From: an uncultured archaeon
Lineage (GTDB): Archaea > Asgardarchaeota > Lokiarchaeia > Sigyniarchaeales > SOKP01
Reading direction: 5' to 3'
NCBI GenBank assembly: GCA_964583985.1
Contig: CAZOYD010000058.1
Coordinates: forward strand, 1 to 22,023
Length of the DNA stretch: 22,023 nt
Below, piece after piece: positions 8,681-17,659 of this stretch (position 1 is its first letter; every line of letters starts with the position of its first letter). Below the pieces are notes generated by a model. It saw only the letters and a list, made by a program, of their open reading frames with translations, made no database searches and was not told the DNA's origin. Position numbers and translations under genes: made by a program.

Positions 8681-9682
8681 ATGAAAATTAAAGTTGGATT
8701 AGTGGGTGCAGGTCGTTTTGGAATTTTTCATTTGGCTGGTTATAAGAAAAATGAGAATTGCGAGATAATAGCAGTATGTTCTCGAACCGAAGAAAGTGCC
8801 AGGAATGCTGCTGAAAAGTTTAATATTCCAAATGTTTATTGGGGGGATTCTTGGAAACGCATGTTTGAAGAACAAAATTTAGATGCAGTGTCCATCTGTT
8901 CACCTAATTACTTACATGCACCCATAACATTATTGGCGTTAGAAAACAATTGCAACGTATTATGTGAAAAACCTATTGCACTCTCATTAAAAGAATTAGA
9001 TCAAATTGAAAATATTTTGAATACAAAGGATCTGATCTATTTTACATCTTTTCAGAAAAGATATTTGAGCATCATCCCTAATGTTAAAAAAATTATTGCT
9101 AGTAAGATTTTTGGAGAGATAAATCTAATTCGGTATTTTTTTGGTCATTATGGTCCTTATAGTTCATACCAACCAATGTCAAAACAGAAGTGGTTCATCG
9201 ATTCCAAGATGGCGGGAGGGGGCGTGTTAATAGATTTGGGAGTTCACTGCATAGATTTACTGAGATTTCTCATTGGAGAATTTGATTGTGTTGAAGGATA
9301 TAACTTTAATAGCACGTGCAAGAAGATTAATGATGAAGATAACTGCAACGTGTTGTTTAAATTTGAAAATGGTGCACTTGGGATGATTACGGTTTCTTGG
9401 TGTTCTGAGCCATCAGAAATCATAGAGTTCTTTGGAACAAAGGGTACTTTGAAAATAGATTTACAATCAAATTCACCTTTCGATTTTCACCCTAAAAAAA
9501 TGTTAAGAAACATAATTCTTAAAGAGGCTTTAGATGCAAATTATAATACGAATATGATCCCTCAGTATGAATTAATCAATCATTTTGTTAATTGTATATT
9601 AGAAAATAAACAAGAAAGCCCAAACTTCCATGATGGTAAACGAGCGGTCGAATTTGTATTGGAAGCATATTCCATGAAATAA
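8681..9682 (+). CDS. Gfo/Idh/MocA family NAD(P)-dependent oxidoreductase
   Basis: KVGLVGAGRFG Rossmann motif, ICSPNYLH, VLCEKP, and AGGGVLIDLGVHCID. Confidence 0.95.
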   Translation: MKIKVGLVGAGRFGIFHLAGYKKNENCEIIAVCSRTEESARNAAEKFNIPNVYWGDSWKRMFEEQNLDAVSICSPNYLHAPITLLALENNCNVLCEKPIALSLKELDQIENILNTKDLIYFTSFQKRYLSIIPNVKKIIASKIFGEINLIRYFFGHYGPYSSYQPMSKQKWFIDSKMAGGGVLIDLGVHCIDLLRFLIGEFDCVEGYNFNSTCKKINDEDNCNVLFKFENGALGMITVSWCSEPSEIIEFFGTKGTLKIDLQSNSPFDFHPKKMLRNIILKEALDANYNTNMIPQYELINHFVNCILENKQESPNFHDGKRAVEFVLEAYSMK

Positions 9683-9789
9683 TGAGGAATATTCGAGAAA
9701 TTTTTTAATCAAAAAGATTAACAAAATCGATGAAATTTATGGGATTGTTGAATAAGATGTTAATTTACATAATATGTAAAATTGGATAG

Positions 9790-11712
9790 TCAATTATTCA
9801 ATAATGATTCCCTTAGTAAAAAAATAAAATTACTTCCCTTAGTAGAATCATTAGCAATCCTATCTTCAACCCAAATTCTACCTTCAAGTAATTCTATGAT
9901 CTTTTTTACTACTACTAAACCTAATCCCAATCCCATAAACATCTGAATCTCATCATATCCTCGTTGGAATATTGCGTTTTTCATTTCATCTCTAATACCT
10001 ATTCCATTATCAGATAATTCAAATTTAATAAATTTGATATGATCTTCCTCTAGTTTTGATATTTTTAATTGAATTTTAACAAGATCCCTCTGATTATACT
10101 TTATAGAATTAATCATTAGGTTTTCAATTAAATCCATAACAAATCTATTCCCAAAAATATATATCTTTTTAAAAATCGTATTTATGGTAAATTTGACTCT
10201 TCTAAGTTCAAACTTCTCTTTCAATTTGACAACAAGTGTTTCTATTATTCCAATTATTTCAATTCTTTCAGTATTGTTATCCAGTTTCTCAATTTCAGAA
10301 AGAATTCGTATATTACTTGTTAAATTAGCACCTCTTTTGACCTCGTCCTTGATAACATTTAGGCAATATTGGACTTCATTGCTAAGATATGCATTCTTTA
10401 ACTTGAAATCTAAAAGTTCTGCAGAAGATTGAATATTTTGTAATAAATTATTAATATCATGAGTAAATAAATCTTTATAAAAATCAGCTCTATTTAAAGC
10501 TCTCCTGTAGTTTTCTTCAGAACTAATAATTTTCTTTTCATTAAATCTTTTTAAAGTGAGATCCTCATGTTGAATAACAACATTCGTAATTTGTCCAGCT
10601 TCATTTTTAATCGGAAAGATAATAGCATCTAAAATTAGATTTGTAAATCCACTACTAAAAGATAGGTTTTTTAAATGCGAAGAATCATAATTAATTTTAA
10701 AGTTAACAGTTTTACCTTCATTAAATACTGATTCAACTAAAGGCATTAATCCTTGTTTTTTAATGAGAATATCCTTCAAAACATTATATTTCCCTATTAT
10801 ATCTTCTGGATTTATATTAAATAGTTTAATGCAAGCATTATTTAACTTAATGAGTGTCCCATTTTCATCAGAAATTAAAATAGAACTTGGACATTGTTCA
10901 ATCACGTCATTTAAAAATGAAACGGATTCCAAAAGTTTTTTTTCTACTTCTTTTTGCTCTGTAATATCTAAGATATAACCTTCATTATGAATCACTCCAT
11001 CTAGGAATACATTTCTTCCTTGTTCTAAAACCCATTTTAACACCCCAGAAGCATTTCTTATTCTGTAAGTAATTTGAAAGGGTTTTTTTTGTTCAAGAGC
11101 TATTTGAATTTCATTCCAAACATAATCTCTATCATCTTCGTGTATTAACTCTACGTAAGAAATTTTTTTATTATGAATTAATTCTTGAGGAGTATAACCC
11201 GTAACGTCAAAACAGCTTTTATTTAATAATTCCATTGTCCGAGGTTTATCATTTAAACATCGATATACGATTCCAACTAGATTACTTATCAAAGATAACA
11301 GCATGCTTTTAGTTTGCTTTAAATCCCTTCTTATCGAATCAGCTTCTGTAATGTCTTTATTAATGAAAACAATCCCGATCGAATCTCCATCTAAATTCTT
11401 AATTAAATTCATATAAGAATACATATTTATAACATATCCATTCCTATCTTGCTGGTTGGTTTTTCCTTTCCACTTACTTTTTTGAAATAAGACAGGAGGA
11501 AATTTTTCGTTGTGTTGATTTAAAAATTCTATTGGAATTATTTCGGATAATTTTTTACCAACTACATCTTTTTTTTTCCACCCATAAATATGTTCAGAAG
11601 CTTTATTCCAACTTATAATCTTGAAATTGATATCTGTTAATATTATAGCATCAGAAATATTTTCCATTACTTGTGCATAATATCTAATTGCTTCCTCATT
11701 AATTTTAAACAT
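9790..11712 (-). CDS. Cytoplasmic sensor histidine kinase with three PAS domains
   Basis: PAS1 (DAIILTD..ISWNKASEHIYGW), PAS2 (VTGYTPQEL..IHEDDR..YRIRNASGVLKWV) and PAS3 (ILISDENG..LNNA). H-box THDINNLLQ, N-box ENLMINSIKY, G1 SDNGIGI, G2 GLGLGL and WVEDR..GSNF. No TM segment seen. Confidence 0.93.
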   Translation of the reverse strand: MFKINEEAIRYYAQVMENISDAIILTDINFKIISWNKASEHIYGWKKKDVVGKKLSEIIPIEFLNQHNEKFPPVLFQKSKWKGKTNQQDRNGYVINMYSYMNLIKNLDGDSIGIVFINKDITEADSIRRDLKQTKSMLLSLISNLVGIVYRCLNDKPRTMELLNKSCFDVTGYTPQELIHNKKISYVELIHEDDRDYVWNEIQIALEQKKPFQITYRIRNASGVLKWVLEQGRNVFLDGVIHNEGYILDITEQKEVEKKLLESVSFLNDVIEQCPSSILISDENGTLIKLNNACIKLFNINPEDIIGKYNVLKDILIKKQGLMPLVESVFNEGKTVNFKINYDSSHLKNLSFSSGFTNLILDAIIFPIKNEAGQITNVVIQHEDLTLKRFNEKKIISSEENYRRALNRADFYKDLFTHDINNLLQNIQSSAELLDFKLKNAYLSNEVQYCLNVIKDEVKRGANLTSNIRILSEIEKLDNNTERIEIIGIIETLVVKLKEKFELRRVKFTINTIFKKIYIFGNRFVMDLIENLMINSIKYNQRDLVKIQLKISKLEEDHIKFIKFELSDNGIGIRDEMKNAIFQRGYDEIQMFMGLGLGLVVVKKIIELLEGRIWVEDRIANDSTKGSNFIFLLRESLLNN

Positions 11713-12017
11713 TTTATTACCTTACATTCAATTAGGAATATCTGTTACTGTTTTGCTCTAATCACATCAGTTATTTTAATGATCTATTCTGAGCAGAATA
11801 CTACCATAGATTTCAGTTTCTCTCCCTCATTTATGAATTAAAATAATTTGATATGTAACTTCGAATAAGTATTTAATTTTAAAAAATTAGTAAAATTAGT
11901 ATATTATTAATTTAAGTGTTTCCGTTGAAGTTGGAATTTGGGTATGATTTATTAATGGTATATTTTGGAGAAAAACCTTCTTGCATATATTTATCATAAA
12001 ATTATCATAAGGTTATT

Positions 12018-12024
12018 AAAAAAA
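12018..12024 (-). terminator. Oligo-T (T7) archaeal-type terminator candidate
   Basis: A7 on the + strand immediately after the stop codon of 12025-12339(-). Confidence 0.35.
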
Positions 12025-12339
12025 CTAAATACATTTCCAAGAATCCACAATTACTTGATATTCAAAAAACTCATCATGAATTTTGTATTTAGGATCGCTC
12101 TCTTTATTCCCAACCTTAATAATTTCTCCCATTAATTCCACATTAGTTTCGCAAGTGATTTCTTCCTTACTGTAAGCAACAACTTGAAAAGTTTCATCTA
12201 TATCAACATATTTCATATATGGGTGATCTTTAGTTATTATTGTAAGGTGTTGCCACATCACATTAGAAATCTTTCCTTGAATTTTTACTTTTTTTCCAAC
12301 ATGTTGTTCGAAATCGCTTCTTTTATTCAATATGATCAT
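12025..12339 (-). CDS. Small hypothetical protein, probable OB-fold
   Basis: HVGKKVKIQGKIS ... VELMGEII ... YQVIVDSW strand pattern typical of OB folds; starts 42 nt downstream of the Fe-S gene. Confidence 0.55.
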   Translation of the reverse strand: MIILNKRSDFEQHVGKKVKIQGKISNVMWQHLTIITKDHPYMKYVDIDETFQVVAYSKEEITCETNVELMGEIIKVGNKESDPKYKIHDEFFEYQVIVDSWKCI

Positions 12340-12381
12340 TTTTCTTCCAAGATGTGCATGATATACATGGGTTGCCTTTTA

Positions 12382-13623
12382 TTAAATTCGTATTTTGGAT
12401 GTGATAAAATCAATGAGATCAATTACTTGGATTTTTTCTTTTATCTCAGAATCCATAAGGTTATAAGCATCTCTTAGATTTCCAATACAGAAAGGACAAC
12501 TCGTTGTTAAAATAGAAGCGCCCGATTCAATGGCTTCCATTATTCGTTCCTTAGAAATTTCTACTGCTAATTCAGGGAATTGGCTCTTAACTCCTCCACC
12601 AGCTCCACAACACCAAGCATTCTTTCGATTTCGTTTCATCTCGATTAGCTTGATCCCAGGAAGCTTCATTATCACTTCACGTGGAATCTCGTATAAATTC
12701 ATATGCCTCCCTAAATGACACGGATCGTGATATGTAACGAGTAAATCTTCACCTTCTGTATCTTTAAACGGGATTTCATCATTTAATAGCATTTCATTTA
12801 AAATCTCAGTAACATGTTTTACCTCAAATGGTAATTCTTCTCCCATCATTTCTGGATAATCCTTCTTTATAGTTCGATAACATCCAGCACAGGCTGTAAA
12901 TAAAGTTTTCACACCCATTTTCTTGATGCTTTCTACATTCTGAATCACTAACTCTTTTACAGATTGATCATCTCCTATTCTGAGAGCAATCGATCCACAA
13001 CACCACTCATCTTTAAACAATGCAATTTCTTTTCCTGCCGCTTGAAATATTTTCATCATATTTCTGAGCGTATCTGCTTGCCGCAATGGCATTGTACAAC
13101 CTGCGAAGAAGCCAAATTCCCCTTTTTCTTTAATATTGGAGAGCCCATCGGTCCAATTATTTTTATTTTCCTTTGCTTCACCATAAGGGTTTTTCATTCC
13201 ATCATCCAACATGTAGTCTCGCAATGCAGAATGACGATCTAAAGGAGCGAACCCAGCTTCGACTAAATCCTTCCTTAAAGCATCCCAAACACGCACGTGA
13301 TCTATCCATTTACTTGTTGGCAAGATGATATTCTCATTTTGGGTCATGTGACATACTTCCGTACAACTACCACATTCCGTGCATTGATACACGAATTCAG
13401 CTAACTCCTTGCTTAAGGGTAATTTGCCTTCTAATATGCTCTTGAGAATGTTCATTCGTCCACGTGAAAAATAGATTTCAAATCCCTCTTCTCCTTTAGC
13501 CTCTTTGACAGGACAAGTCAAGTATCTACCAACAGCTGGTCGAATAGCGAACCCACAATCCCCACAGTTCATGCAACTCATCACCATTTCCCATTCCTTT
13601 TTTAAGTGCGTTAATTCGCTCAT
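12382..13623 (-). CDS. (Fe-S)-binding protein, HdrD/GlcF-like (two ferredoxin-type motifs plus two CCG domains)
   Basis: CMNCGDC...CP, CTECGSCTEVC, FFAGC..WCCG..TACAGC, and YHDPCHLGR..WCCGAGGG..TSCPFC. Confidence 0.92.
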   Translation of the reverse strand: MSELTHLKKEWEMVMSCMNCGDCGFAIRPAVGRYLTCPVKEAKGEEGFEIYFSRGRMNILKSILEGKLPLSKELAEFVYQCTECGSCTEVCHMTQNENIILPTSKWIDHVRVWDALRKDLVEAGFAPLDRHSALRDYMLDDGMKNPYGEAKENKNNWTDGLSNIKEKGEFGFFAGCTMPLRQADTLRNMMKIFQAAGKEIALFKDEWCCGSIALRIGDDQSVKELVIQNVESIKKMGVKTLFTACAGCYRTIKKDYPEMMGEELPFEVKHVTEILNEMLLNDEIPFKDTEGEDLLVTYHDPCHLGRHMNLYEIPREVIMKLPGIKLIEMKRNRKNAWCCGAGGGVKSQFPELAVEISKERIMEAIESGASILTTSCPFCIGNLRDAYNLMDSEIKEKIQVIDLIDFITSKIRI

Positions 13624-13626
13624 TTT

Positions 13627-15153
13627 TTATTTATCACCCCAGAAATTGAATTTTCCTCTGCTTAATATCATGTTCGGGTCTAATTGTTTTTTTATATTTT
13701 TCATCAAATTATAATATTCTTCGGAGTATGCCCCAATTTCTACCATCATTCTGGACATGAAGTCTCCCATCATGTACCATTGCACGCCATGTCGGGTAAC
13801 ACGTTCTACAAACGACTTCCACAATTTCAAGTCAATTTCTTCTATAATTTCGTGAGTTTCTCCATCAAAATAACTACCAAAACTCGTAAATCCGCACGTT
13901 ATTTCAACGTTATTTCCATCGATTAAAAGAATTGGTCCACTGCCAGATATAGGTCTCGTTTTCGTAATTTCAAAAATCTTTCGCATCTCTGCGTCATTTT
14001 CCATATCCCATTGGTCGATATCATTCATTATATTAGGATAATCATTGATGGGACAGAAACATTCGCCAGTGAGAGGTTCCATTGCTGGAAAAATCCCCCA
14101 TAAATTATGATAAAACTGCCAATGTCCTTGCTCAGTATAATGCCATTTAGCCATATTTCCATCAGAAATCTCAGGTCCAAGATATTCTGCTTTATTTTCC
14201 TCCATTATTTTGTCCAGTTGTTTTACTTTTTGATCCAGTTCTTGTTCAGAATTTGCTTCGATCGTGTAAAATATTATACCTCGTTTCTTTTTTAAATCTT
14301 GAAACATGGGAAATACCCCTTGTTCCGTGGATATTCTGATGACTAAATCCATGATATACATTGCATCATATACATCTATCCCTTTGTGTCGGATTTCTGA
14401 TAATATTTTAGCTGATATTTCTCTTTCCTTTCTTGGTAACTGAAATGTTTTATATGCTGCGAATTCGGGTCTTGGAAAAACCTGCAATGAGACTTTTGTT
14501 TTTATTCCATAAATTCCATTATCTCCACAGAATAATCCAGCAAGATCAGGACCATTTCCAAATCGATTAAAAGGAGTCTTGGAAAATTTATTTGCTTGAG
14601 ATCCTGTTTCGATAATATCTCCAGTAGGAAGAACTACTTCTAATGAAACTAGTTGATTAGTACATGCGCCGTATTTTGCACATCCACCACCTCCGACAGA
14701 ATGATGAGAAATCCCTCCACCAATCGAGGCGGTCATTCCCGACCCAGGTCCCATGCATCCCGTATACAATCCAAAGTTGCATAAGTATTCATTTAACTTT
14801 CCCCACGATATTCCAGACTCTACGGTGACTACAAGATTTTCTTGGTCGAGGTTAATGACCTTATCCATGCGTTTCATATCTATAATAATTCCCTCATCAC
14901 CAATTGGCTTACTTCCTCCGAATTCGCAATCTCCTCCTCCACGAGGGATAACGGGAACATTATTCACGTTCGCAATTTTTAAAATCTCTGAAATTTCGTG
15001 AGCGTCTTTCGGTCTGATTACTACGTCGGGTACACCTTGTAATATGGGATCTACATTTCGAGAATAAGCATGTCTCACGTAAATACTGTTAGAAATGTAT
15101 TTTTTGGATACTATAGTTTCTAATTTGTTATACAATCCATTCATATTTGACAT
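13627..15153 (-). CDS. FAD-binding oxidoreductase, VAO/PCMH superfamily (GlcD / D-lactate dehydrogenase-like)
   Basis: PDVVIRP, VIPRGGG, IIDMKRMDKV, ASIGG, LEVVLPTGDII, GPDLAGLF.G..GI.TK and KKQLDPNMIL. Stop lies 3 nt before the Fe-S gene start, indicating an operon. Confidence 0.9.
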   Translation of the reverse strand: MSNMNGLYNKLETIVSKKYISNSIYVRHAYSRNVDPILQGVPDVVIRPKDAHEISEILKIANVNNVPVIPRGGGDCEFGGSKPIGDEGIIIDMKRMDKVINLDQENLVVTVESGISWGKLNEYLCNFGLYTGCMGPGSGMTASIGGGISHHSVGGGGCAKYGACTNQLVSLEVVLPTGDIIETGSQANKFSKTPFNRFGNGPDLAGLFCGDNGIYGIKTKVSLQVFPRPEFAAYKTFQLPRKEREISAKILSEIRHKGIDVYDAMYIMDLVIRISTEQGVFPMFQDLKKKRGIIFYTIEANSEQELDQKVKQLDKIMEENKAEYLGPEISDGNMAKWHYTEQGHWQFYHNLWGIFPAMEPLTGECFCPINDYPNIMNDIDQWDMENDAEMRKIFEITKTRPISGSGPILLIDGNNVEITCGFTSFGSYFDGETHEIIEEIDLKLWKSFVERVTRHGVQWYMMGDFMSRMMVEIGAYSEEYYNLMKNIKKQLDPNMILSRGKFNFWGDK

Positions 15154-15324
15154 TTTTGTAATTCGATTCTGTTATTAATTATCTATATAGATTAAGTTGA
15201 ACCTACTCGTATTTATATATTGATATATGAGATTGATAACCCAAACAATTAAATTTGATTTTACGTTCCAAAAAAGTTAAGAAAAAAGCATTGTTAATCC
15301 TTTATAAAATGGGGAAGGTAGCGA

Positions 15325-15927
15325 TTGGAGGAAGTAAAAAAAGATTTCATTATTTTTGTAGTTGTACTTATTGGACTCATTCCTCTCTTTTTAGGACTAC
15401 ATGCTCAATATTTATTTATTATTAATTTAAATTTAAGCAAACTTATTTTGTCTTTATTTGGGATAATAATCCTATTTCTTTTAGGAAGATTTATTATTTT
15501 AATAATCTTTGATGCTAAAGTCATTGAGCAAATGAAAAATCACGATTTAGTACAATCTTTCATAAATCGTAATAAAAAATCAGTCATTTTATTTGCATTT
15601 CCGTTAACCATGTTAATGGAGGAGCTAATTTTTAGATTTTATATGATTACATATTTATTAGATATTTTTCATTTCAATGATTTAACAGTGGTTTTCTTCT
15701 CAAGTTTTATTTTTGCTTTATATCATCTTCATTTTTGGTTCAGATTTAAGAATTTTCGGCTATTTCTTTCCTATTTTATCTTATCATTTGGTTTAGGACT
15801 ATTCAATGGGTTTGCTTTTCTTAATTATGGTTTATTAGTTTGTTTTTTCGTTCATTTTGGGATTGCTTTTGAATTGTATTATCATCTTTTTGATAAATAC
15901 TTCAAGAATAATAAGGGAAAGACATAA
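15325..15927 (+). CDS. CPBP (CAAX protease/Abi) family intramembrane glutamic endopeptidase
   Basis: Polytopic hydrophobic protein with MEELIFR, FALYH and a C-terminal VH motif; TTG start uncertain. Confidence 0.85.
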   Translation: MEEVKKDFIIFVVVLIGLIPLFLGLHAQYLFIINLNLSKLILSLFGIIILFLLGRFIILIIFDAKVIEQMKNHDLVQSFINRNKKSVILFAFPLTMLMEELIFRFYMITYLLDIFHFNDLTVVFFSSFIFALYHLHFWFRFKNFRLFLSYFILSFGLGLFNGFAFLNYGLLVCFFVHFGIAFELYYHLFDKYFKNNKGKT

Positions 15928-15971
15928 ATTTGCATTTAAATTCACTAATTTAATTTACTCTAACTCATGAT

Positions 15972-16862
15972 ATGAAGATGAGAATGAAATTATACTTCCG
16001 TGAATTGAATAGAAGCGACATACCTGCAATTAAAGAAATTAGCAAGGATATTTGGGGAGGTGATGATTATATTCCTGATGTTATTGAAAGATGGCTCCAA
16101 GAAGAGGATTGCATGAATTACGGTGGGTTTTTAGATGAAGAAGCAAAAGAGATGGTTGGATTAGGAAGAATTAAATTCTTTCCGAATGGCGTGGCTTGGT
16201 TAGAAGGCGGAAGAGTTAAAATTTCCCATCAAAAACAAGGAATTGGGAGAGAATTATTAGGGTATGCGATCGAATATGCTCGAAAAAAGGGGGCAAAAAT
16301 TGCCCAATATGACACATCTTCAGAAAATTTAGGTTCGATTGCTCTTGCCAGATATCATGGATTTGAAAAGAAAAAAAGCATGGCACATTTGGAATGTAAA
16401 GGAGAAGATCTTAAAATTCCAAATGAAATCTTGCCAGATATAAAAAATATAACCATTGAAGAAGCTAAAGCAATCTATGATAAGATTGATGTAGGTCCTG
16501 GAGATGAGGTTTGTATCGGCTGGTCTTATGTCCCAATTGCAAATTTATATGATAATGGTTCCTCTTGGTATGCAAAATCGAATGCTATCTTACAAAAAAT
16601 AGAATTCGATAGTCAAAGCGCAAATGAAGGTCCCAAACATAACTTCATTTGGATGATTACCTATGGAGATCCAAACCAATGCAGCGATTTGATTAAACAT
16701 GCGATTTTAAACGAAAAAAATGCGAAAAATGTTGATTTATATGAAGTATTTTGTAATCCTGAAGTGGTCAATTTGATTAAGGAATTCGGGTTCTCTTATT
16801 CAGGATGGGAAACTGAAAAAGATGATCCTAAAAGTGTATTATTATTCGAAAAACATTACTAG
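15972..16862 (+). CDS. GNAT family N-acetyltransferase with an additional C-terminal domain
   Basis: WGGDDYIPDV, AWLEGGRV, HQKQGIG (motif A) and N.GSIALARYHGF. Confidence 0.88.
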   Translation: MKMRMKLYFRELNRSDIPAIKEISKDIWGGDDYIPDVIERWLQEEDCMNYGGFLDEEAKEMVGLGRIKFFPNGVAWLEGGRVKISHQKQGIGRELLGYAIEYARKKGAKIAQYDTSSENLGSIALARYHGFEKKKSMAHLECKGEDLKIPNEILPDIKNITIEEAKAIYDKIDVGPGDEVCIGWSYVPIANLYDNGSSWYAKSNAILQKIEFDSQSANEGPKHNFIWMITYGDPNQCSDLIKHAILNEKNAKNVDLYEVFCNPEVVNLIKEFGFSYSGWETEKDDPKSVLLFEKHY

Positions 16863-16992
16863 TTTTTTGATTGTTACTAACTATTTCTTTCATGATAGGT
16901 TTAAAAAATAAGATTAATATCCAAATCTATTGAATTACAAGTCTTAAATCAAAGTCAATGATATTGTTATTTACCTAGCGATGTATTTTCTG

Positions 16993-17011
16993 AAAAAAAG
17001 AAAAAAAAAAA
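16993..17011 (-). terminator. Long oligo-T archaeal-type terminator candidate
   Basis: The minus strand reads T11-C-T7 directly after the TAA of 17012-17533(-). Confidence 0.55.
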
Positions 17012-17533
17012 TTAGTTTTCAATTTTTATAACATTGGATTTGAAACCTTTCCCGCAGTATACGCAAAAAACATTGCCATTTTCATGCAATTTTTGTTGCA
17101 TTTGTTCTGTAAATTGATTACCGCATTCACTACAATATGCAGCATCTGGTTGTATGGGAACCAAATTCTTTATAATATGCGGTGTTTCAATTCGAGGTTC
17201 TTCTACTTTGGTTTCTGATATGACTGCTTCTGGTTCTTTCTCTTTTTTAACGGGGCGAGGTTTGCCTGTTATACCATAATAGAGCTCTTCAAAGAGTTTA
17301 TAAATTCCTAAAAAGATAGCTTTTAAGAGATAATATACACCTTTAAGGATGTAATAGATGAGATATGCCACGCCTTTTAAAACGTAATAAATTACTACTA
17401 CTGCAAGTATGAGAACTGCAACAGCACCTATTACGACTAAAACTTGGCCATACAGAGGGACGGACAAAAACCATTGTAAAAATTCTTGCCAATACAAAAA
17501 TACTTGATCAGCAACTGCATTCCAATTAACCAT
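17012..17533 (-). CDS. Membrane protein with Tyr-rich amphipathic repeats and a C-terminal zinc ribbon
   Basis: TM segment VLVVIGAVAVLILAVVVI, YYxLK repeats, and CSECG...CVYCG; AGGTGA RBS upstream. Confidence 0.75.
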   Translation of the reverse strand: MVNWNAVADQVFLYWQEFLQWFLSVPLYGQVLVVIGAVAVLILAVVVIYYVLKGVAYLIYYILKGVYYLLKAIFLGIYKLFEELYYGITGKPRPVKKEKEPEAVISETKVEEPRIETPHIIKNLVPIQPDAAYCSECGNQFTEQMQQKLHENGNVFCVYCGKGFKSNVIKIEN

Positions 17534-17659
17534 TCATTAATCACCTAAATATTGTTAAAATTTTTTTTTTACTTAAATAAAAGGTGTTTAAAGTGAATGA
17601 TAAACGATTTGGAGACCAGTTTCTAATTAGGAGTCCAATTTTTAATCATTTCAAATTTT

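Noticed and set aside
15181-15192. Palindrome ATCTATATAGAT upstream of the FAD oxidoreductase
   Set aside because: Short and AT-rich, overlapping the probable core promoter; not distinguishable from chance.
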